A DNA stretch of 32,000 nucleotides from Candidatus Electrothrix yaqonensis (GTDB taxonomy: Bacteria; Desulfobacterota; Desulfobulbia; Desulfobulbales; Desulfobulbaceae), in contig CP178758.1 of assembly GCA_047651235.1 (NCBI GenBank), forward strand, positions 2,340,001 to 2,372,000. Reading direction: 5' to 3'. Position numbers and translations under genes: made by a program. The notes beneath the pieces were generated by a model. The model worked only from the letters and a program-made list of their open reading frames with translations. It was not told the origin of the DNA and searched no databases. This document shows positions 26,992 to 32,000 of this stretch, one piece after another; within the stretch, counting starts at the first letter, position 1, and each line of letters starts with the position of its first letter.

Positions 26992-27181
26992 CCGCGACGG
27001 ACCCGGTCAGAATCACACCGCAACACGTCGCATATATACGGTCGCATATATACGTTATGCCGCCGTATCCGAACTTTTCCGCTTCAACTGCGGCGTATCG
27101 ACGGCGGTCTTTTTCAGACAGGCTGCCGTAAAAATTACGCATTCGCGTTTCTATCTCAGGAGAATATGTCTTTATCTTCAT
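26992..27181 (-). pseudogene. N-terminal remnant of an ISAzo13-like transposase, interrupted by the ISAs1-like element
   Basis: MKIKTYSPEIETRMRNFYGSLSEKDRRRYAAVEAEKFGYGGITYI resembles the N-terminus of ISAzo13-type transposases (..ERQRRL.AA.EA..LG.GG...). Removing one copy of the 14-bp duplication restores GGITYICDVLRCDSDRVRRG, an HTH-like continuation. Confidence 0.55.
27027..27054. repeat. Perfect 14-bp tandem duplication (gtcgcatatatacg x2) causing a frameshift in the ISAzo13-like remnant
   Basis: Read directly. Copy 1 is 27027-27040 and copy 2 is 27041-27054. Confidence 0.9.
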
Positions 27182-27269
27182 AACCGGATGAGAATAAACG
27201 CAACTATGAAATTGTCAATGACCTGTCAGCAAGTTCCGTTGTTATTAAATTTTCATTCCTTCGTCAGTC

Positions 27270-27908
27270 TTACACAACAATCTGTATCTCAGCTGGAGGC
27301 GGCGGCAGGACATCCGAGGAACCCGCCCCGATACTGGAACTCTTCATTTCCACGCTGGCGGAAACCCATTTGAAAAAGCTGGCAAAAGCGGCGCTGTCCG
27401 TGGTGTCCAGGCTGACCACCGTGTCGGTCAGCTTTTTCAGCTGCTCGATCTTTGCCTTGGGCCCGGCCGCACAGGCGATAATTCGGGCAAAATGACTCTT
27501 TTTGACCTGCGGGATCACTTCATCGTACAGGGCCACATCCGAAGGGCTGCCGTCGGTCATCAGAAAGAGCATGGGCCGCCAGTCGCCTTTGCGCTCCTTT
27601 GTGCTGTGGATGATATCTTTTTTCACCCGTTTGACAATCAGGGACAAGGCGGCTCCGGTGCAGGTCGGGCCTGATCTGGGGCAGACAATTTCCGAGACCT
27701 GGACCTGAGACAGGGGCGTCAGGGGGAACAGTTCCTTGACCTCGATATCAAAGGTGATGATGGAAAGGTACACGGAATCCAGGGCATGCGGATCCTGACG
27801 CAGGGCCGTCATCATGGCCTGCAGCCCCACATTGACCGACTGGATGGCTTCTCCGTGCATGGAACCGGAGGTGTCGATGGCAATATAGATGGGTAATCTT
27901 CTGGACAT
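27270..27908 (-). CDS. TerY-like von Willebrand factor A (vWA) domain protein
   Basis: The MIDAS motif is LPIYIAIDTSGSMHGEAI. Other matching blocks are YLSIITFD, TCTGAAL, GDWRPMLFLMTDGSPSD, IIACAAG and the C-terminal FFKWVSASV...LPPPPAEIQIVV. This is the characteristic layout of the roughly 210-aa TerY/vWA family. Confidence 0.85.
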   Translation of the reverse strand: MSRRLPIYIAIDTSGSMHGEAIQSVNVGLQAMMTALRQDPHALDSVYLSIITFDIEVKELFPLTPLSQVQVSEIVCPRSGPTCTGAALSLIVKRVKKDIIHSTKERKGDWRPMLFLMTDGSPSDVALYDEVIPQVKKSHFARIIACAAGPKAKIEQLKKLTDTVVSLDTTDSAAFASFFKWVSASVEMKSSSIGAGSSDVLPPPPAEIQIVV

Positions 27909-28020
27909 ATTTTCTCCTTGATTATGCGTTGAACCTTATCTTGCCCCGCCCAGGCCGGTACCGGCGAGACCAGAACAACCACCCCGGTTCCCTTGATCTG
28001 GGTCTGCAAGAGCCACTCCG

Positions 28021-28041
28021 TAGCCAATAGCCAATAGCCAA
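28021..28041. repeat. Heptanucleotide tandem repeat (TAGCCAA)x3
   Basis: Read directly as tagccaa tagccaa tagccaa. It lies 113-133 bp upstream of the vWA start codon, on the opposite strand, and 19 bp downstream of the adaptor gene stop. Confidence 0.9.
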
Positions 28042-28059
28042 AATGCGGGGAGTCCGTAA

Positions 28060-29214
28060 TCACCGCATGAATTCGGAGAGGTCAGTGAGCGATTTGACCA
28101 CTCTGACTTCCTGACCGTCCTCCACGCTGCGGTGGCCCCGGATAATGACTTTTTCGCCGAGATGCAGGCCGCTGCGGACCAAGATCTGCCAGCCCTCGGT
28201 AAAGCCGGTCTCCACCGGTCGTCTGCGGGCAATGCCGTCTTCCTCTACATAGACAAACTGCTCGTCGTTTCTGGTGACAACCGTGTACAGAGGAACTGCA
28301 ACCGCCTGTTCTTCCTGATGTTTGACAATATCCGCGCGAAGAAACATACCCGGCAGGATACGGCCGTCGCGGTTGTCTATGGCCAGCTCCAGCCGGTAGG
28401 CATGGGCCATAGATTCCGGGGCCGGGGCAAGAAAATGGATCGGGGCCTGAAAGAGCGCATCATCCAGCGAGCGGATGCGCAGTGCAACCTGTTTGAGCTG
28501 TCGTACTGCGCTGACGTCCGCCTCCGGTACGGCAACCACTGCCTTAACCCGGTCGATCTGCAGAATCTCAACAACAGGCTTCGGCATCATCTGATTGACC
28601 ACCATGCCGACCTCGGCGTCAAGCCGATTGATAATGCCGGATATGGGCGCGGTAATTTGGCAGCGGGAAAGCGCAAGTTCTGCGTTTTCCAGAGATGCCT
28701 TGGTCTGACGCAGCCGGGACTTCTGTTCATCCAGATTGGCCTGAGTGGAAATCCCCTTACTGCGCAGGGTTTTATTCCGGGAATAATCTGCCTGAGCCAA
28801 GGCATAGGCGGCCTTGGCCGCATCCAGAGCGATCCGGTAATCATCCGCTTCAATGCGGGCGATAAGCTGGCCTTTTTTGACCTGATCGCCCTCATGGACA
28901 AAAATTTCTTCAATACTGCCGCCGATCTTGGCCATCAGGGCCAATTTTGTCCAAGGTTCCACCAGACCGGGCAGGCTGACCTTGTCCCGCAGCACCGTCG
29001 GCCTGAGTTCCAGCGTGACCACGTTGACCGGCGGACTTTCCGCGACCGTGGCACTTTTCAACTCCTCTTCCCGCGCCGCCTTTTGGTCGGCAACCCGTTG
29101 CCCGATAAACAAGGCCAGGCCGAACAGGGCAAGAATGAAAAGAAAACCGGGCAGGTTTCTCAGGAAAAACCAGACAATTCTGCCGCGCAGGGTTTTCGGT
29201 TCCGGATGTTTCAT
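28060..29214 (-). CDS. Efflux transporter periplasmic adaptor subunit (HlyD/MFP, RND-type)
   Basis: After an N-terminal TM come lipoyl-like and coiled-coil regions: LPGLVEPW, GQLIARIEADDY, AQADYSRNKTL..KGISTQANLDEQ and CQITAPISGII. The C-terminal beta-barrel region reads VAVPLYTVV...VYV. Confidence 0.88.
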   Translation of the reverse strand: MKHPEPKTLRGRIVWFFLRNLPGFLFILALFGLALFIGQRVADQKAAREEELKSATVAESPPVNVVTLELRPTVLRDKVSLPGLVEPWTKLALMAKIGGSIEEIFVHEGDQVKKGQLIARIEADDYRIALDAAKAAYALAQADYSRNKTLRSKGISTQANLDEQKSRLRQTKASLENAELALSRCQITAPISGIINRLDAEVGMVVNQMMPKPVVEILQIDRVKAVVAVPEADVSAVRQLKQVALRIRSLDDALFQAPIHFLAPAPESMAHAYRLELAIDNRDGRILPGMFLRADIVKHQEEQAVAVPLYTVVTRNDEQFVYVEEDGIARRRPVETGFTEGWQILVRSGLHLGEKVIIRGHRSVEDGQEVRVVKSLTDLSEFMR

Positions 29215-29864
29215 GCGTCGTTTTCAGACTCAGACTCAGATACAGGTTGTTCTGACTGCTCTCTGGGCATCAGGCCAACCATTGCCTGCTCAATCATCAG
29301 TTCCAGGGACTCCCGAACATCATCCTCAGTATGCAGCCGGCCGGAATACCAGGCAGACAGAGCCATCAGGTACATACCGTAAAAATGGCCACAGGTTATG
29401 ATCAGTTCAATATCGTTCCGCAACTGCCCCCGTTCCTGGGCCTCCTGAAATATCCGGATAAACAGAGCGATAAACTGCTCTTCTATTTGCCTTGATTTTT
29501 CCAGAGTGATCTCTCTGGGAAAGTTCATTTCACGGGCCAGGGTCCGGCCAAACTCCTTATTTCCGGTGACATACCTGAACTCGGTCATGAAGATAAGAAG
29601 CAACTGTTCCTGCAGAGAAATATTCGGGTCGATTTCCTGTCGGATGGCTTCGTGCATACAGGCTAGTTCCTCTTCACAGAACGCTAGGAGGATCTCATTT
29701 TTTGAGCTGAAATAAGAATACACCGTGCCCTTACCGATCCCGGCAGCTTTAGCCAGGGCGGAAATGCTGGTATTTTCATATCCCCGTTCACCGAACAGGC
29801 GTACTGCGGCTTCCATGATTGCAGCTCTGGTTGCCTTCTTTTTTTGTTCCCGTAATCCGATCAT
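29211..29864 (-). CDS. TetR/AcrR-family transcriptional regulator
   Basis: The N-terminal HTH reads KKATRAAIMEAAVRLFGERGYENTSISALAKAAGIGKGTVYSYFSSK. There is a 4-bp ATGA overlap with the adaptor gene. Confidence 0.9.
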   Translation of the reverse strand: MIGLREQKKKATRAAIMEAAVRLFGERGYENTSISALAKAAGIGKGTVYSYFSSKNEILLAFCEEELACMHEAIRQEIDPNISLQEQLLLIFMTEFRYVTGNKEFGRTLAREMNFPREITLEKSRQIEEQFIALFIRIFQEAQERGQLRNDIELIITCGHFYGMYLMALSAWYSGRLHTEDDVRESLELMIEQAMVGLMPREQSEQPVSESESENDA

Positions 29865-29974
29865 GAATGTCTTTTTTTAAATAACAATGCTATAAATATT
29901 TGATAGACTTCTCAAGATGATTTGTCCCACTCGGAAAAGCAGGAAATCCTCCTTGAGAATCCGCAATACAATTC

Positions 29975-30058
29975 GACTGCGGTCTTTGTTGACCATGGTC
30001 GAATTTTATAAGATTACAAAATGTTCATTCTGGAGTCAAATAAAAAACGACTTTGGTC
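29975..30058. promoter_or_regulatory. Three GAC-N4-GTC palindromic sites (candidate TetR operators)
   Basis: The sites are gactgcggtc at 29975-29984, gaccatggtc at 29991-30000 (a perfect 10-bp palindrome) and gactttggtc at 30049-30058. An 8-bp inverted repeat, aattcgac at 29970-29977 and gtcgaatt at 29998-30005, also overlaps them. All lie 110-195 bp upstream of the TetR start. Confidence 0.4.
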
Positions 30059-30258
30059 GATTTTCTGTTTTTCCTGGGCAATATTCTGGAAGGAAAGGTA
30101 AACAGCAGGATACGAAAAGATCAGGAAAGAAAGGAGAAAGGAATGATAAGTGATTCTGATCATTCCTCCTCTATTCTGTCGTTGCGGTGAACAGGTTGCG
30201 ACCGGAATATACTCATGTCGCGTCCCGGAGCAAACAGGAGAAAGTTTGTTCGGCGGGT

Positions 30259-31020
30259 TTATTCCGTCCCTGTCAGCAGGGTGTTCAGCAGCTGCTCCGG
30301 CGCATTATTCAAATTTTCCTGCACCGTAATAATTGTCTGCTCCGCCCGTTCTGCCCGGCGCACCGCAGCAGAATCCGGGAAAAAAGCCACCGGACGCTCG
30401 CCCAGTTCCTGTTCAAGAAACTCCTGATCTTCCGCATTCTGAACCAGGTTGCCGACAAAATAAATGCGGGGAATCCGAACATCCTCGGCCATTTTCCTGA
30501 TTTTCAGGGCGGTCCGGATACCTGAGCGGGAGGGGATCACCACGATCAGCAGACAGTCAACCCCGGCCACTGTGCCCCGGCCCAGATGCTCCACCCCGGC
30601 CTCCATATCCACCAGCACGGTTTCACCTGCGGTGAGCAGCATTTTTTTGAGCATCTTGCGTAGAACATGATTTTCCGGACAGGCGCAGCCGCCTTCGGCT
30701 GTCTGCACAGCCCCCAGAATCATGAGCCGGATACCGTCCTGTTCCAGCGTAAAATCCCGCAGCAGGTCATTGACCTCCGGGTTGAGGTTGTAGAACGGTG
30801 ACCCCTGAGTTTTCCCGGCCCGTTCAGCCAGCAGTCTCCCCATTTCGGCAATGGGCCTGACCTTTTTCGCCGCAGTAATCCCCAGGGTTTCCGCCATGTG
30901 CGGACTGGGATCGGCATCAATCACCAGGACTTTCCTGGCCTGTTTCTGCAGCTCCCCGGCCAGCAGGGCCATGATGGTTGTTTTTCCGACGCCGCCCTTG
31001 CCGCTGATTGCTATTTTCAT
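30259..31020 (-). CDS. cooC: CooC-type P-loop ATPase (MinD/ParA superfamily, nickel-insertion accessory protein family)
   Basis: The deviant Walker A is MKIAISGKGGVGKTT. VLVIDADP follows. The CxC motif GGCACPEN is typical of CooC/AcsF. Walker B-like VLVDMEAGVEHLGRG is also present. Confidence 0.75.
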   Translation of the reverse strand: MKIAISGKGGVGKTTIMALLAGELQKQARKVLVIDADPSPHMAETLGITAAKKVRPIAEMGRLLAERAGKTQGSPFYNLNPEVNDLLRDFTLEQDGIRLMILGAVQTAEGGCACPENHVLRKMLKKMLLTAGETVLVDMEAGVEHLGRGTVAGVDCLLIVVIPSRSGIRTALKIRKMAEDVRIPRIYFVGNLVQNAEDQEFLEQELGERPVAFFPDSAAVRRAERAEQTIITVQENLNNAPEQLLNTLLTGTE

Positions 31021-31159
31021 GGCATCTTCTCCTGAATTTCTTGCCTTGTTCCGGCAGAGTGGTTACAGTATTCAAAGATGGCTGGAGTGCCACGGGCGTG
31101 TCATATCTTCACGTCAAGCGGGCAATTCCGTAAATTCTATCAGGAGGAGACTATACAAT

Positions 31160-31873
31160 ATGCAGACAAACTATGCGAGCACTACTGCTGTTGATGCCAG
31201 AGCGCGGCAGGAGGCTTCAACGATTTTTCTGGCCAAGGTGTTTAACTGGATGGCTGTCGGGCTGGGGCTGACCGGGGCTGTTGCCTGGCTGACCGCAAAT
31301 ACCAGTCTGGCATCTGCCATTGCAAGTAGCGGGCTGTATTGGATACTGTTTCTTGTTGAAATAGGAATGGTTTTCTATCTGTCCGCCCGCATCGACAAGA
31401 TGGCACCGAGCACAGCTACCGGACTGTTTTTCGGCTATGCTTTTCTCAATGGCCTGACGCTGTCGATTATTTTTCTGATCTACACCAAAGAATCCATTGC
31501 CGGAACCTTCCTGGTTACTGCTGCGATGTTCGGGGGCATGTCGGTATACGGCATGGTGACCAAACGGGATCTCTCCGGTTTTGGCTCCTTTCTGTTTATG
31601 GGGCTGATCGGCATTATCCTTGCTTCGATCATCAACATCTTCATGCAGAGTTCAACCCTGTACTGGGCGATTTCCTTTATCGGGGTGGGAGTTTTTGTCG
31701 GCCTGACCGCCTATGATGTGCAGAAGATTAAAATGATGGGCGAGCAGGGAATTATGAGTCAGGGAGAAGGTGCTGTTCAGAAAGGAGCAATTATGGGTGC
31801 CTTGGCCCTGTACCTGGATTTCATCAACCTGTTTCTCATGCTGCTACGGTTCTTCGGCGGCGGGCGTGACTGA
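31160..31873 (+). CDS. BAX inhibitor-1/YccA-family membrane protein
   Basis: F..KVFNWMAVGLGLTG.. opens seven TM segments, and the end ALALYLDFINLFLMLLR is typical of the family. The ATG at 31160 has an AGGAGGA SD. The long ORF-track extension from 30851 lies antisense to cooC and is rejected. Confidence 0.88.
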   Translation: MQTNYASTTAVDARARQEASTIFLAKVFNWMAVGLGLTGAVAWLTANTSLASAIASSGLYWILFLVEIGMVFYLSARIDKMAPSTATGLFFGYAFLNGLTLSIIFLIYTKESIAGTFLVTAAMFGGMSVYGMVTKRDLSGFGSFLFMGLIGIILASIINIFMQSSTLYWAISFIGVGVFVGLTAYDVQKIKMMGEQGIMSQGEGAVQKGAIMGALALYLDFINLFLMLLRFFGGGRD

Positions 31874-32000
31874 CCGGAGAGAAAGCCTTTTGAGCGCAAA
31901 CGCCCGGAGTGCTGCTCCGGGCTGCCTCCACATGTCGCAGCATTTAACATTTAAGAAGCTGTTTTAAAAACCTCGCCGGAACTGCGGCCCCTCGCGGGAT

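Noticed and set aside
29220-29245. A tandem tcagac hexamer repeat.
   Set aside because: It simply encodes the acidic SESESE tail of the TetR protein. It is a coding low-complexity segment, not an independent repeat element.
29917-30153. A 78-aa plus-strand ORF in the TetR/cooC spacer.
   Set aside because: Its sequence is highly basic and low-complexity (RKSRKSSLRIRN..KRSGKKGERNDK), it has no SD, and it overlaps the putative operator region. It is unlikely to be coding.
30851-31159. An N-terminal extension of the BI-1 ORF given in the ORF track.
   Set aside because: It lies antisense to cooC and is not family-like. A strong SD plus ATG at 31160 begins the conserved BI-1 sequence.
31902-31922. 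A perfect 8-bp-stem hairpin (gcccggag-tgctg-ctccgggc) after the BI-1 gene.
   Set aside because: No U-tract follows on either strand, so I do not call it an intrinsic terminator. It may still be a stabilising 3' structure.
1-32000. A search by eye for CRISPR arrays, rRNA, tRNA, tmRNA and integrase or attachment sites.
   Set aside because: I saw no regularly spaced direct repeats, no tRNA-like cloverleaf segments in the intergenic regions, and no integrase or recombinase ORFs. Absence by eye is not proof, so tRNAscan-SE or Infernal should be run.

Overview
The window looks like chromosomal DNA from a Gram-negative, probably anaerobic bacterium. Pal, an RND-type adaptor, PqiA and YajC indicate the Gram-negative envelope, and a CooC-type ATPase hints at anaerobic metabolism. 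A Desulfobacterota-like origin is only a guess from gene content. Housekeeping genes recognisable from their translations are yajC, pal, hemH, nadA, argB, uppP and a BI-1/YccA-family gene. Three blocks look accessory. (1) 6.5-12.6 kb is a visibly AT-richer envelope-glycan cluster: a GT-C-like membrane protein, a secreted repeat protein, an SGNH hydrolase with a C-terminal CFIATAAYG anchor module, a GT2 enzyme and another polytopic membrane protein. An ArnT-like GT39/83 enzyme plus UppP lie further on at 15.8-18.2 kb. (2) 18.5-21.0 kb holds an AT-richer 835-aa membrane protein with three tandem DUF3592-like modules. Its stop overlaps the start of a sugar-type ABC binding protein. (3) 23.3-28.06 kb is a mosaic island. 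It contains a DUF2207-like protein, a small membrane protein with the same Gly-rich, Cys-containing tail, and a decayed second DUF2207 copy. It also holds a 1155-bp ISAs1-like element with perfect 21-bp terminal inverted repeats, inserted into an ISAzo13-like transposase remnant, and a solitary TerY-like vWA gene. The island is bracketed by two transport operons that look incomplete: an ABC operon lacking a second permease and ATPase, and a TetR-adaptor pair lacking a pump. Other notable items are an HPF/RaiA-cold-shock-domain fusion, a roughly 230-nt terminator-bounded untranslated region before nadA, and a PIN/NYN-like gene split across three frames. I found no rRNA, tRNA or CRISPR array by eye. 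All family assignments come from motif recognition in the supplied translations and no database search was possible.
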